A DNA stretch of 64,000 nucleotides from NCBI RefSeq assembly GCF_020745735.1, contig NC_083409.1:25502048-25566047 (forward strand). Direction: 5' to 3'. Below the pieces are notes generated by a model. It saw nothing but the letters and a program-made list of their open reading frames with translations. It was not told the DNA's origin and did no database searches. Both the position numbers and the translations under genes were made by a program. This document shows, in pieces, positions 26,500 to 40,084 of this stretch. Position 1 is the first letter of the stretch, and each line of letters opens with the position of its first letter. The stretch is from Hemiscyllium ocellatum. Lineage: Eukaryota.

Positions 26500-27516
26500 G
26501 AGTGGGTGGGGAGGGGGTTGGGGGGGGTGAGAGGGGGAGGGGAGGGGTGAGAGGGGGTGGGGAGGGGATGAGAGGTGAGAAGGGGAGGGGAGGGGAGGGG
26601 GTGAGGGGGGAGAGGGGGGAGAGGTGAGAAGGGGAGGAGAGAGGGTGAGGGGGAGGGTGAGAAGGGGAGGGGATGAAAGGTGAGAAGGGGAGGGGAGGGG
26701 GTGATGGGGAGGGGTGAGAAGGGGAGGGGAGGGGGTGATGGGGAGGGGTGAGAAGGGGAGGAGGAGGTGAGAGGTGAGAAGGGGAGGGGGTGAGAAGGGG
26801 AGCGGAGGGGAGGGGGTGAGAAGGGGAGCGGAGGGGAGGGGGTGAGGGGGGAGAGGTGAGAAGGGGAGGAGAGAGACTGAGGGGGAGGGGGTGAGGGGTG
26901 AGGAGGGGAGGGGGGGTGAGGAGGGGAGGGGGTGAGGGGTGAGGAGGGGAGGGGGGGGAGAAGGGGAGAGGGGAGGGGTGAGAAGGGGAGGGGGGTGAGG
27001 GGCGAGAGGGGGTGAGGGGCGAGAGGGGGTGAGGGGCGAGAGGGGGTGAGGGGTGAGAAGGGGAGGGGGGTGAGGGGGGGAGGGGGGGAGAAGGGGAGAG
27101 GGGAGGGGGTGAGAAGGGGAGGGTCTGAGAGGTGAGATGCGGAGGGGAAGGGGTGAGGGGGAGAGGTGAGAAAGGGGGGGAGTGGATGAGGGGTGAGAAG
27201 GGGAGGGGAGAGAAGGGGAGGGGAGAGGAGGGGGAGTGGGTGAGGGGGAGGTGAGTGGGTGAGGGGGAGGGGAGGCGGTGAGAAGGGGGGAGGGGTGATA
27301 GGGGAGGGGAGGGGGTGAGAGGGGCAGTGGGTGAGGGGGAGTGAGAAGGGGGGAGGGGGTGAGAAGGGGGTGATGGGGAGGGGTGAGAGGGGGAGGGGAG
27401 GGGGTAAGATGGGAGGGGGAGGGGAGGGGGTAAGAGGGGGAGGGGTGAGGGGAGGGGGTAAGAGGGGGAAGGGAAGGGGAGGGGGGGTGAGGGGGGAGAG
27501 AGGGGAGGGGAGGGGC
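26500..27516. repeat. about 1-kb G-rich polypurine low-complexity tract
   Basis: Mostly G/A on the plus strand, with recurring ggggtgagaaggggagg units. Confidence 0.9.
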
Positions 27517-27524
27517 ATGCTCCC

Positions 27525-27821
27525 ACTCGGACCGGGGCTCGCGCTGCGGGTCCTGATTGGTCGGTTTGCGGAGGAACGGTCACGTGGCGCCCGTCGGTGG
27601 CGGTGGGCGTGGTCTCACGCTGACCGGGGCTCGCGCTGCGGGTCCTGATTGGTCGGTTTGCGGAGGAACGGTCACGTGGCGCCCGTCGCGCGGTCGCGCC
27701 GGTTGGTGGCGGTGGCGGTGGGCGTGGTCTCACTCGGACCGGGGCTCGCGCTGCGGGTCTTGATTGGTCGGTTTTGCGGAGGGGCGGTCACGTGGCTGGC
27801 CGGGTCGGGGTTCGCGCGGAC
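27525..27821 (+). promoter_or_regulatory. CpG-rich mrps14 promoter built from three tandem modules (CCAAT box + CACGTG E-box + GC/GT box)
   Basis: Units start at 27531, 27623 and 27738. ATTGG at 27556, 27648, 27763; CACGTG at 27581, 27673, 27789; directly upstream of ATG 27822. Confidence 0.75.
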
Positions 27822-27875
27822 ATGGCGGCGGCGTGCGTCCGAGCTTTCGGCTTGTTGCAGGGAGCGGGGCGCCAG
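27822..27875 (+). CDS. mrps14: mitochondrial ribosomal protein S14, exon 1
   Basis: ATG MAAACVRAFGLLQGAGRQ|gtgagt in a CpG island; phase 0 joins exon 2; presequence-like composition. Confidence 0.85.
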
Positions 27876-28013
27876 GTGAGTGTGTGAGGGCGATGGCGGG
27901 GTGTCACGGGGAGGGAGCGGTATATCTCCCTCTTAGATCCATTCACAGTGTTCCCGGAGTAAGGGGGGGGGGGCTAGACTCTGGACAGTTTCTGTAAAAC
28001 CTACCGACTCTCA

Positions 28014-31000
28014 GAACAATACAGCACAGAACAGGCCCTTCGGCCCACCATGTTGTACTGACCATTTGTCCTAGATTAAGCACCCATCCATGTACCATTC
28101 CAATTGCCGCTTAAAGGTCACCAATGATTCTGACTCTGCCACTCCCACGGGCAGCACATTCCATGCCCACACCACTCTCTGGGTAAAGAACCCACCCCTG
28201 ACATCCCCCCCATACCTTCCACCCTTCACCTTAAATTTATGTCCCCTTGTAACACTCTGTTGTACCTGGGGAAAAAGTCTCTGACTTTCTACTCTATCTA
28301 TTTCCCTAATCATCTTATAAACCGCTATCAAGTCACCCCTCATCCTTCGCCGTTCCAATGAGAAAAGGCCATCACTCTCAACCTTTCCTCGTACGACCTA
28401 TTCTCCATTCCAGGCAACATCCTGGTAAATCTCCTCTGCACCCTCTCCAAAGCCTCCACATCTTTCCTAAAGTGAGGCGACCAGAACTGCACACAGTACT
28501 CCAAATGTGGCCTTACCAAGGTCCTGTACAGCTGCAACATCACCTCACGACTCTTGAATTCAATCCCTCTGCTAATGAACGCTAACACACCATAGGCCTT
28601 CTTACAAGCTCTATCCACCTGAGTGGCAACTTTCAAAGAGCTATGAACATAGACCCCAAGATCCCTCTGTTCCTTCACCTTACTAAGGATCCTACCGTTA
28701 ATCCTGTATTCCACATTCTTATTTGTCCTTGCAAAATGGACAACCTCACACTTGACAGGGTTGAACTCCATCTGCCAGTCCTCAGCCCAGCTCTGCATCA
28801 TATCTTTGCAGCCGACAACAGCCCTCCTCGCTATCCACAACTCCACCAACCTTTGTATCGTCTGCAAATTTACTGACCCACCCTTCGACTCCCTCTTCCA
28901 AGTCATTAATAAAAATTACAAACAGCAGAAGACCCAGGACCGATCCCTGCGGAACTCCACTTGTAACTGGGCTCCAGGCTGAATATTTACCATCTATCAC
29001 CACTCTCTGACTTCAGCCGGTTAGCCGGTTCTCTATCCAACTGGCCAAACTTCCCACTATCTCATGCCTCCTGACTTTCTGCATAGGCCTACCATGGGGA
29101 ACCTTATCAAATGCCCTACTAAAATCCATGCACACTACATCCACTGCTCTACCCTCATTCACATGCTTGGTCACCTCAAAGAATTCAATAAGACTTGTAA
29201 GGCAAGACCTACCCCTCTCAAATCTGTGCAGGCTGTTCCTAATCAAGCAGTGTCTCTCCAGATACTCATAAATCCTATCCCTCAGTACCCTTTCCATTAC
29301 TTTGCCTACCACCAAAGTAAGACTAACTGGCCTGTAATTCCCAGGGTTATCCCTATTCCCTTTTTTGAACAGGGGCACAACATTCGCCACTCTCCAGTCC
29401 CCTGGTACCACCCCCATTGACAGTGAAGACGAAAAGATCATTGCCAACGGTTCTGCAATTTCCTGTCTTGCTTCCCACATAATCCTAGGATATATCCTGT
29501 CAGGCCCGGGGGACTTGTCTATCCTCAAGTTTTTCAAAATGCCCAACACATCTTTCTTCCTAACAAGTATCTCCTCTAGCTTACCAGTCCGTTTCATACT
29601 CTCCTCTTACGGTCCCTCTCATTTGTAAGTACTGAAGAAAAGTACTTATTCAAGACCTCTCCTATCTTTTCCGACTCAATACACAGTCTCCCACTACTGT
29701 CCTTGATTGGACCTACCCGCGTTCTCATCATTCTCATGTTTCTCACATACGCATAAAAGGCCATGGGGTTATCCTTGATCCTACCCGCCAAAGATTTTTC
29801 ATGCCCTCTCTTAGCTCTCCTAATCCCTTTCTTCAGCTCCCTCCTGGCTATCCTGTATCCCTCCAACACTCTGTCTGAACCTTGTTTCCTCAACCTTATG
29901 TAAGCCTCCTTCTTCCTCTTTACTAGACATTTAACCTCCCTTGTCAGTCAAGGTTCCCTCACACGACCATCTCTTTCCTGCCTGAAAGATAGATACATAT
30001 CAAGGACACATCGTATCTGTTCCTTGAAAAAGTTCCACATTTCAACGACATCCTTCCCTGACAGCCTATGCTCCCAATTTATGCTCCTCAGATCCTGTCT
30101 TGCAGCAAAGTATTTACCCTTCCCCCCCAAATTGTAAAACCTGCCCTGTTGCACGCACCTATCTCTCTCCATAACCAAGGTGAAAGTCACAGAATTGTGG
30201 TCACCATCACCAAAATGCTCACCCACTAACAAGCCCATCACTTGTCCCGGTTCGTTACCAAGTACCAAATCCAATATGGCCTCCCCTCTGGTCAGACAAT
30301 CTACATACTGAGTTAGAAAAGCTTCCTGGACACACTGCACAAACACCGCCCAGTCTAATCTACTTGATCTAAAGAGCTTCCAATCAATATTTGGGAAGTT
30401 GAAATCGCCCATGACTACTACCCTGTGGCTTCTGCACCTTTCCAAAATCTGTTTCCCAATCTGTTTCTCCACATCTCTGCTGCTATTGGGGGCCTATAGT
30501 AAACACCTAACAAGGTGACTGCACCTTTCCTATTTCTGACTTCAACCCATATTACCTCCAAAGGCAGATCCCTCTCGAACTGCCTTTCTGCAGCCATTAT
30601 ACCATTTCTAATGAGCAATGCCACCCCCCCTCCTTTTTTACCACCCACCCTAATCTTACTGAAACATCTGTAACCAGGAACCTCCAACAACCATTCCTGT
30701 CCCTCATCTATCCACGTTTCTGTGATGGCCACAATATCGTATCCCAAGTACCGATCCACGCCTTAAGTTCACCCACCTTATTTCTGACACTCCTTGCGTT
30801 GAAGTATACGTACTTGAGCCCATCTCTGTGTCCGCAAGTATTCCCTGTCAGTGCTACCTTCTCCACAGCCTCCCTACATTCCTGGACATCCTGAAAAACA
30901 TATAACCTACTTGCTGGACGACAAGTCCGAATCCCATCCCCCTGCCAAATTAGTTTAAACCCTCCTGAAGAGTGCTAGCAAACCTACCTCCCAGAATATT

Positions 31001-32130
31001 GGTGCCCTTCTGGTTCAGGTGCAGCCCGTCCTGCTTGTACAGGTCCACCTTCCCCAGAATGCAGTCCAATTGTCCAAATACCTGAAGCCCTCCCTCCTAC
31101 ACCATCCTTGCAGCCACGTGTTCAACTGCACTCTGTCCCTATTCCTTGCCTCAGTGTCACGTGGCACCGGCAACAACCCAGAGATGACGACTCTGGCCGT
31201 CCTAGCTTTTAACTTCCAGCCTAACTCCTTGAGCTCCTGAATGTCCTCCCCACCCCTCTTCCTACCTATGTCGTTGGTGCCAATGTGCACCACGACTTCT
31301 GGCTGCGCACCCTCCCCCTTAAGGATTCAGAAGACACAGTCCGAGAGTTTCGCCCATGTCCACAGAATCGCCTGTCTGTTCCTCTAACTATAGAGTCTCC
31401 TACAACTAGTGCTCTCCTCCTCTTCCCCCTTTCCCATCTGAGCCTCAGAGCCGGACCTCGTGCCAGAGACCCGGTCACTGCAGCTTACCCCTGCTAGGCT
31501 GTCCCCCCCAACAGTATCCAAAGCGGTATACTTATTGTTGAGGGGAACGACCACAGGGGATCCCTGCACTGCCTGCTTACTCCCCTTCCTACCTCTAACT
31601 GTTACCCAGCTACCTCTGTTCTCTGGCGTAACTATGTCCCTGTGGTTTCTATCTATCACCCTCTCAGCCTCTCGAATAATCCTCAGTTCGTCCAACTCCA
31701 GCTCCAGTTCCTTAACGTGGTCTGTGAGGAGCTGGAGCTGGCTGCACTTCCTTCAGGTGAATTCGGCAGGAGCATTGGTGGTCACCCCTACCTCAAACAT
31801 CCTGCAGGAGGAACATTCCACTGCCTGCGCTGCCATAACTCGACACTTAGTCTCCAAAACAAGAACACTAAGTAGCTTACCCGTTCAGCCAACTGAGTCC
31901 TTTTTTTTAGGTTAGAGGAGGAGGGAGGGTGGGAGACACTACCCGTGTAGTGTCTCAGGTTCCTTCTCCACTCAAACTTCTTACCTTCCCAGAACCCTCT
32001 GTTGACGACTTCCGGGTTCCTGCTCCTAGTTGAAAAAAAAACACAGACTGCGAAAAGAAAAACTTAATTTAAACTGGTCTCCGCTTACCTTCCGGCTCCC
32101 CTCTCTGTGCGCCCGGTGTAGCTCTTACAC
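28014..32130 (-). mobile_element. near full-length decayed CR1 LINE, antisense in mrps14 intron 1
   Basis: ORF1 SGNH-esterase motifs (VVGDSIVRG, HIGTND), APE motifs (IVAITETW, MGDFN, DHN), RT motifs ([20 protein letters not shown]) and a CR1 C-terminus, with many frameshifts. The 5' boundary is approximate. Confidence 0.9.
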
Positions 32131-33790
32131 CGCATTCCCTTTGAAATAAAGCCCCCTCCCCTCCCCTCCCCTAATTCCATTTGCCCGTCCTCTTTATTAT
32201 CTGCTGACCTCGGGTCTTAGCTTTCTTCTTGTTAGCGCTCTTCCCTAAGCAGGGCCCACTGTCATCGTGGGCAGCATCTCCTTCCCCAACATGGATTGCA
32301 TAATTGGATACTCGATGTCACTTTGTTACCAGTGTGTAACTGTGCTGTGGCTGGCTGGCTGCCACGCTTCCTAGAGTTTTTAAAGGCACTTTCAGACCTT
32401 GTGATTGTGCAAGGCACAACTTTGTGAACCGTAGGCATGTAAAATTGCTGTTTCCGTCTTCAGCTACCTCCCTAATATTTGGTGTCACTGTTTATCCCAT
32501 CCTCTCCAACAGAGGCTGTATCTCATTCCTTGCTTTTCCCCTTTTATCACTGCATGCTCCTCAAGTCCACTGCTTCACCTTCTCCACCTTGTCACCCGTT
32601 TTGGGTCTCTTCTTCACTTGTACTTGGAGTTCATCTTGTTCTCCTTTTTAATTATGGTTTCTTTGCTCACTCTGTATCCACCCTCTGTATCTAAACTCCA
32701 TTTCCCTAGTGCAAAATGGATGGAAGTTTAAAATATGTATTGCTACATTTTTATCAAATGTGAAGAAAATAAGCAACAAGTTTTCATGTCCCAGTATTGT
32801 TGAACTCTCAAAAGTGGAACTAAATCTTGCAAGGTTTGATGACCTAGGTTTGTCTCTTGAGAATGTTGTACCTTGTTATTGGCCTTTTTTTAAAGTATGA
32901 CACTTGGTGTGTGAATGCAGTATTTTAGAATCACGGTGTGCAGAGGAAGGTGGTTTGGCCATTATCTCTTTAAACAAACTAGCCGATCAGTCTCCCTCCC
33001 TGACCTGTCTCCACAGCCGTGCAAGTTCGTTCTTCAAAGTATATATCTGATTTGAAGATTGCTTGGTGTGAAAATGTGAAGCAGATGAGACTAGGCTACT
33101 CTTTTGATAGTATGAACTTAATTTGAAGAATTTGATCAAAATTTGGGATTAACATTATTCCACAGCATAAAACGTCATTTGCTACATATTAGTCTTACTC
33201 TGGTGATGGAGAGTGCGAGCAATTTAACTGAAATAAAAAGTGGTGCTTGTAGCAGGTTCTTGGATGTCTATAGTGGAGTAAAGGTGTTTTATTTACACCT
33301 TCCAAACTTAAGACTTAAGAAGGACAAGGGCAACAGGTAAAAGGCAATACCTCCACCTACAAGTTCCTCTTCAGGTCAAACTTCGATATATCACCCTGCT
33401 TCCACTGTTGCAACATCAAAACCCCAAAAAACTTTCTCTAACAGCATTGTAGGTGCATCAGCACCCCATGGACGATAGTAGCTCAAGAAGGTGGTTCACC
33501 ACCACCCCAAGTTGTTAGGGGCATGCAAAAACTGCTGGTCAGTGATATCCACATCACATTATACAGTGGTGTTGTGCTGGCTAAGAAGAACTTGATTTGG
33601 GAGTTTGCTGAGCACTGGCTTTCCTCATTTCACCATGTGCTATGAAGACTGAGGCATTGTGTGCATTTGAGCAGATGGTACATATGCAGGAGTTCTCAGT
33701 GTTACTCAATTATGCTTTCTGTTCTTCCAGAATATATAATGCTTGTAAGATGTATATATATTTTACATGCTTGCATTTTGCCTCTTGCAG

Positions 33791-33958
33791 CTGTTGACGT
33801 GGATTCCAGGAGGGAATGTGGGGCAAGTTCGCAATTACTACGTCGACTGGCGAATGCTGCGAGATGTGAAAAGGAGGAAAATGGCCTTTGAGTACGCAGA
33901 TGAAAGACGGCGACTTAATGCGATACGGAAAAACACTATCTTGCCGAAGGAATTGCAG
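33791..33958 (+). CDS. mrps14: mitochondrial ribosomal protein S14, exon 2
   Basis: cctcttgcag| [56 protein letters not shown] |gtgtgg. Confidence 0.95.
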
Positions 33959-34051
33959 GTGTGGACATCTTTCAATCATCGAGTGTAAACATGTGCATAC
34001 AACCATCACAATGTTCAAATTACTGAGATATCCACAAAGTGTTGGAAAGGC

Positions 34052-34360
34052 ATTAGATTACTTACAGTGTGGAAACAGGCCCTTCAGCCCAACAAGTCCA
34101 CACCGACCCGCCGAAGCGCAACCCAACCATACCCCTACATTTGCCCCTTACCTAACACTACGGGCAATTTAGCATGGCCAATTCACCTGACCCGCACATT
34201 TTTGGGACTGTGGGAGGAAACCGGAGCACCCGGAGGAAACCCACGCAGACACGGGGAGAACGTGCAAACTCCACACAGTCAGTCGCCTGAGTCGGGAATT
34301 GAACCCGGGTCTCAGGCGCTGTGAGACAGCAGTGCTAACCACTGTGCCACCGTGCCGCCC
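34052..34360 (-). mobile_element. HE1-type V-SINE in mrps14 intron 2
   Basis: Full-length reverse copy with A and B boxes and tail. Confidence 0.88.
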
Positions 34361-35539
34361 GCATGTTCTGATCATCTTAGCAATTGGTACTGTGGAGCAT
34401 CAAAGGATACCTGCCTTCCGTACAGCATCTTCCACCGGCTTCTGTGATCAGATGAGTTCATTATAGGTGGGAGACACTGGCTGACATCTTGAAATGGCAG
34501 GGTTGAAAGGGTGGGAGGTGTTGGTGGAACCTATGTTTTCCTGCTTTGTTCACGTGTGACATGCAGGCAGTAACTGAATAAAGCCAGAAGAGGTCAGTAT
34601 TCACCAAATTAAGATTGACTACAGTTTTAAACTAATCACCCAAAGCTACAGCAATGTTTTGAACGAATGTCCAAATTCAAATGGTTGAAGGATAATTTGC
34701 AGTCTGCTGTACACTATTCAGCATTAAAATATTCAAAACAATGGAAGAACCTCAACAGGAAAGACACATCAGGAACAGGAAAGACCTCAATTTTATTGTC
34801 TGCAAGAGCTAGCAATACAGACTCAGGCCTGTGTTTGGGAGCTGGTGACAGTGCTTCAGGCCAGTCTGCAGAAGATGATGCACAGGTGGGTTGATGTGAA
34901 GGGCCTGTTTATAAAACTGCTTTCCCCAATTCAGATAAAGAACCCATCTGTAATTTTTCCAGTTGTATGTAAAATATCAACACCACCAACGTAGTCCTGA
35001 ATTCTTCTGTTTGATGGGTTGGGTCAAGAACAAAGGAACAACATCACAGCTACAAGGCAGGTCACTGAGGATTAATGTCTGAATGCACCTCCTTCATAGG
35101 TCCAAACCCTAATTCCCACTTGGGAACACGGGAATGAAATTTCTGGAAGCAAGAGGTGATTCCTGTGCTCAGTAAGAAGTAGCAATATAAAGGAGAACAT
35201 AGGTTTTTCTACTGTTTAAAATGGCATCCAGAATCCTTGGTTTTCTAAGTAATGGCACGTTAAAGCAAGGAGATAATGGTAAACTTGCATAGAACATTGC
35301 TCAGGTTCAGTTTAAGTATTCTGCCCAATTCTGTGCCTAAGGAGGGCGATAAGACCAGAATTAGAGGAGCACAGAGATTTGAGGTTGAGGAAGGTATGGA
35401 GAAATGGGGAATAAAGCCATGGGGGTGAAGTTTTATTTGAATGCAAACCTTGCAGGCTGAATACAGCCCTGTGAACTGGTCATGTTTGAAATCGCAAAGT
35501 ACTGTGCTCTTTCCTCACCACAGTATTGTCTTCATGCAG

Positions 35540-35722
35540 GAAGTTGCTGACCAGGAGATCGCTAGCCTACCAAGAGACAGTTGCCCAGTTCGGATCCGCA
35601 ATCGCTGCGTCCTCACCTCTCGGCCGCGGGGCGTCAAGCGTAGATGGCGCCTCAGCAGGATCGTGTTCCGCCATCTTGCTGACCACAACCAGATGTCTGG
35701 TATCCAGCGTGCCATGTGGTAG
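35540..35722 (+). CDS. mrps14: mitochondrial ribosomal protein S14, exon 3
   Basis: ttcatgcag| [60 protein letters not shown], the S14 signature region. Confidence 0.95.
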   Translation, partial: EVADQEIASLPRDSCPVRIRNRCVLTSRPRGVKRRWRLSRIVFRHLADHNQMSGIQRAMW

Positions 35723-37020
35723 CACCGCTGCTTTCTTCTTTTGACACTTTCAGCATGAGTGATCCCAGTTGTGGGAATAGGGTAAACAGCCTTGGACATC
35801 ACAGAGGTTCCCTTCTTGAAATGGATGTTCTGTTTGTGGATGGGTTATACATTACTACCATGTTACTATAGCAGCTACATGTCAGAAGTCCTTCATTGGC
35901 AGTGGAGTGCTTTGAGCCATTCTGAAGTGGTGAAAGGGACTGAATAAATACAAGTCAGTCCTGTTGGGATGAGGGAGGAACTTGCCCCTCTGCTATTCTG
36001 CCTACTCTCCCTTCTCATTGACACTGTCACCAGGGTGAGACTCCATGATCCTACCAACTTTACCCAAGTGTGATAGCTTGGCCAGTGAGCTGTGCAAAGC
36101 TTCATAGAGTGCTATTGCATTTATGACCCCATCCTGACACTTCACTTGAGCTGTAAGTGACCACTTGTAATTAAGTTTAAATTGAGAAGTGTAAGAAGTA
36201 TCCTGCCACCTAGGATTTCTGACATTTTCTCATTTATCCACAGTATTTTGCCGTTCTACTTGTAGTTGAATGTTTGCTGTGAGTTTCTTTCAAGTTTTAA
36301 TATTCCCTATTTCCATATAAAGCATCAGCCGGGTTCTGCTTGCAAGAATTGTACATTTATCCAAACTTGCAATGAGGTGCTGTAACAAATTCAAATGATT
36401 GAAGGATAATTTGCAGTCTGCTGTATAACATACAACATTAAAATCTTCAAAACAGTGACTTGAGGGGGGCATCATTTTAAGGGCAAGCTATTTGATGGGT
36501 TTGGAAGAGACAAGCAGTATGTTTATTTTAAACTATAACATTATATGCACTTGATATAATAGAGCAAACTTTGTTTTAATCAGCAGTCTTGATGAACCGG
36601 CCAAAATGATGTACCTCATACCACAATGTCTGACTGTTTATGCTGTAATTAAAGTATAACAGTGATGTGTATACCATCTGTATTAAGTTTGTTATTTACT
36701 GTGTTTTTACATCGATTTACATCTGTTGATGTTTTGACATAGATTTTCTGAGGGATGTTAATGTCTGAAAATTTCACTTGGTCAGAGTTTACAGTGGTTA
36801 TACATATCCTGAATATTTGATCAATTGGAACAGTTTTGGTTCCATAGGTGCCAGCTAATGAAAGGTTTGCTGCATATACTCATGTAGTCCATATGTTTGT
36901 AAAGAAGGTTTTGTTTATGCAAAAACATTTCTATCCTTACAAAATGTCTTTGTGGTTCTCCTTTAACAGCGTCCCTTGAATATCCTAGAGAGTGCTTTGC
37001 ACTTGACCACTTTCTGGGCT

Positions 37021-37133
37021 AGGAGAAAGTGAGGGCTGCAGATGCTAGAGATCAGAGTCGAGAGTGGGATGCTAGAAAAGCACAGCAGGTCAGACAGCAT
37101 CTGAGGAGCAGGAGAATCAACATTTTTCTGGAA
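37021..37133 (-). mobile_element. degenerate PLE terminus
   Basis: aggagaaagtgagggctgcagatgct...cacagcaggtcagacagcatctgaggagcaggagaatc. Confidence 0.7.
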
Positions 37134-37462
37134 TGGCAGGACCCATTTTTCACATTTGAGCAGCAAATATTTACTTATTGCTATTTCTCCAAAGTTTAAT
37201 TTTCTGTAAGGCTGAGTTTCCTATGGATATCCCCTCTAGGTGACACATTACTCAGGCAGCTGCTTCCAGTCACTTGAGTAATGGTGGGGCAACAGAATGT
37301 AAAATAAAGTAGCCTATGTGACCAAATCAAAAGAGTTGATTTTCTTTTAGAAGCCTTCATTTCTCTCCCATTCCCCTGCACTCTCCCAATCTTCCCATCA
37401 CTCCCTGGGAAGAGTCAGGTTGCCTCCCAATGCAGGGCACACTTGTCTCTCTCACAATAAAT

Positions 37463-37623
37463 AGTCATAGAGATGTACAGCATGGAAACAGACCCTTCGG
37501 CCCAACCCGTCCATGTCGACCAGATATCCCAACCCAATCTAGTCCCCCCTGCCAGCACCCGGCCCATATCCCTCCAAATCCTTTCTATTCATATACCCAT
37601 CTAAATGCCTCTTAAATGTTGCA
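37463..37623 (-). mobile_element. CR1 3' UTR fragment
   Basis: Same sequence as the CR1 3' end at 57320-57480. Confidence 0.75.
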
Positions 37624-40084
37624 TAAAGTCATTCTAAGGGCTCTTGATAGTCTACTAAATTTTTTCACTTAGTTCACTTCTGCTCTTGTTTAACCACAGT
37701 AGAAAAATAAAAATCTACTCCTTTGCCACTTTCCCTCAGGGGGTTCTTACATTGTGTGTGGGCGACAAGTGCCAAATGTTGGTTATATAGTACTCTTTTT
37801 CTGAATGTTGGCTGCGCCTTTGGACTTGATCAAGGGGAGGTATTTATTCTTCTCATGATTGCTGTTTATTGAGATGCTCTTAGAGTGCAGAAATCTTGCA
37901 CGGTGCCATGGTTTATCTTGATGCTAGAGATGAGCAGACACTGGTTAATGTCATGTAATTTCAGTCCCTGTGTCTCATCCTTCGACATTGTCTTTGACGT
38001 GGCTGTTGTGGAGCTAAATGATGCGGAATGACGCAATAGTTTTCTTTCACATTCCAAAGCTCACTTTATACATAATTGCACTTGTGTAAAAGTGGTGTAG
38101 GGCTTGGCTATAAAGCTTTGAAACTGGAGTGTGCTTTCTCTGCCAGCTGACGCTTGGAGAGAGTTTCCAAGTGTGGCTCCAAGTTCTACAGACACATTTC
38201 TATTTATGACTGGCCTAAGACAAAGCACAAAAGTCGAGACAACTCAGTAAGTAACAAAAACAGCAGTAATGCCATCTGAAAATAAGATCTTTTCCAATTT
38301 TCAGTCTAGGGAATAGGATTTCTACATATTTTCAGAAGTGTTTTTAGATCTCCCACAGTGCTGTTCGGATAGTGCTGCTGGCTGTAGCAGGGTTGTAAAG
38401 GGTGCCTTAATAATCTGGTCAGTCCCCGAGGCTGTTATTGTAAATAGACAATAGTGTACCACCTTGTCCCGAACAGATGTTCAGGCACAGAGATCAATAC
38501 AAGGAATTGCAACTGCTTGTAAATGTCAGGCTGCACTGGAAAGTCAGGCTGTCCAGTAGCTACGTGAAACTTCTTAAAATTGTGATAACACATTCAGCAG
38601 CGCGTGCCACACTATGTCAGTTGTATGCAGCACAGATTTTATTAGAATTGTACTGAACTGAGAGACTTGCATGATGTGAAGAAACTGGGATTAAGAACAG
38701 GAGTAGAACATTTGGTCTGAAATCTGTTCTCGTAGAGATCACGTCCCACTTCCTTCCACATAGATCTAGAGCTGCACAAACCCCTAAATGTTTTCTGCTA
38801 AATAAAGCTGACCCGGCTTTGGTTGTAGTTTGTGCTCGAGTGTTCATAGCTTTTACTGCCATTTCAGTGGAAAGGTGTTTGCTAATTTCATGCCTGGATC
38901 TGGTATTGTAGTGTGTCGACTATGTCCTGTAGTCTAGACTTCCCCAATCAGTGAAAGTGGTTTCTTTTTATTAAATAATTATTCCTTTTGGTATCTTGAA
39001 CACTTTGATCAAATCAACTTGTAATCTAATTTCAGGGAATACAACCCTGGTTTCTGTTCATTATTTTAACCCTTGAACTCCAACTATTACTTTGGTAAAT
39101 GCACTTCCACCAAGGTTTGTCTGTCCTCCTTAAGGTTCAGAATTGAACACTGTACTCCCAGGTATCGTTTAACGAGAGTTTTGTACAATTATTGTTTGAC
39201 TTCCAAATCTTTAAATTGCAGTTCTCTCAATATAAAGGTCAGCACTCTATGTGCCATTTAGATTATTTTCTGTACCTATTTGTGACATTTTAAAGATCTG
39301 ATATCTGCCTTCTGTATCTCCCTGGTGCTCCATTATTTATAGTTTTACATCATTTAGAAAGTACTGCCCTTGTCCTTCTGATGTCTAAATTGACTGAGTC
39401 ACTCTTGCCTCACAGAGTGTCCATTTGGCACAGTTTGCCTGGAAACCTAATAGTATAATACCTCATTGTAATTTATTTACAGCTTGTGGGGGTTGCTGGT
39501 ATTTATTCTCTAATTGACAATGATATTACATTGAATTATGTAGCATGTACTGCACTGAACAGGGCACAGTCCATGCTAGTGTTTTATTTCTGTATTAGCT
39601 CTGTCCCACTACTCTTTTTTTTCCACCACCATTAATATATCATGATTTTCCTTTCTTGTCCTTATTTTTCCGTTCAATCACTCTTGGTGGCAGTAAATTC
39701 CACATTCTAACCATTCTCTGGGTTAAAATAAAATCTGTTGGATTTATTGCTAACCGTCTTATATTTATTACCTAGTTTAGGTCGACTCCACAAATAGAGG
39801 TTTCGTTTCTGCATTTATTCTATCAAGCCTCTTCATAACTGAAGACTTTGAACATGTCACTTCTCTTTTAAGAATAAAATCTCCAGCTTGTTCAATGTTT
39901 TTCAAGGATTGTAACCTCTCTGTTCTGGTATCAACCTTATAAATCTTTTCTGCACCTTATCCATACTTCTGCACCCTTTTTGTAATAGAAATGAGATTTG
40001 TGAATACTCACAAAGATATTGTAACCAAGGTTTTACAGAAGTTTTCTATTTTTCAGTTCTATCCCTGTAGAATTAAACAGTATG

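Noticed and set aside
26421-27733. Long Pro/Ser/Leu-rich ORFs (365 and 418 aa)
   Set aside because: These are translations of the G-rich low-complexity tract and promoter repeats, with no domain and no splice support.
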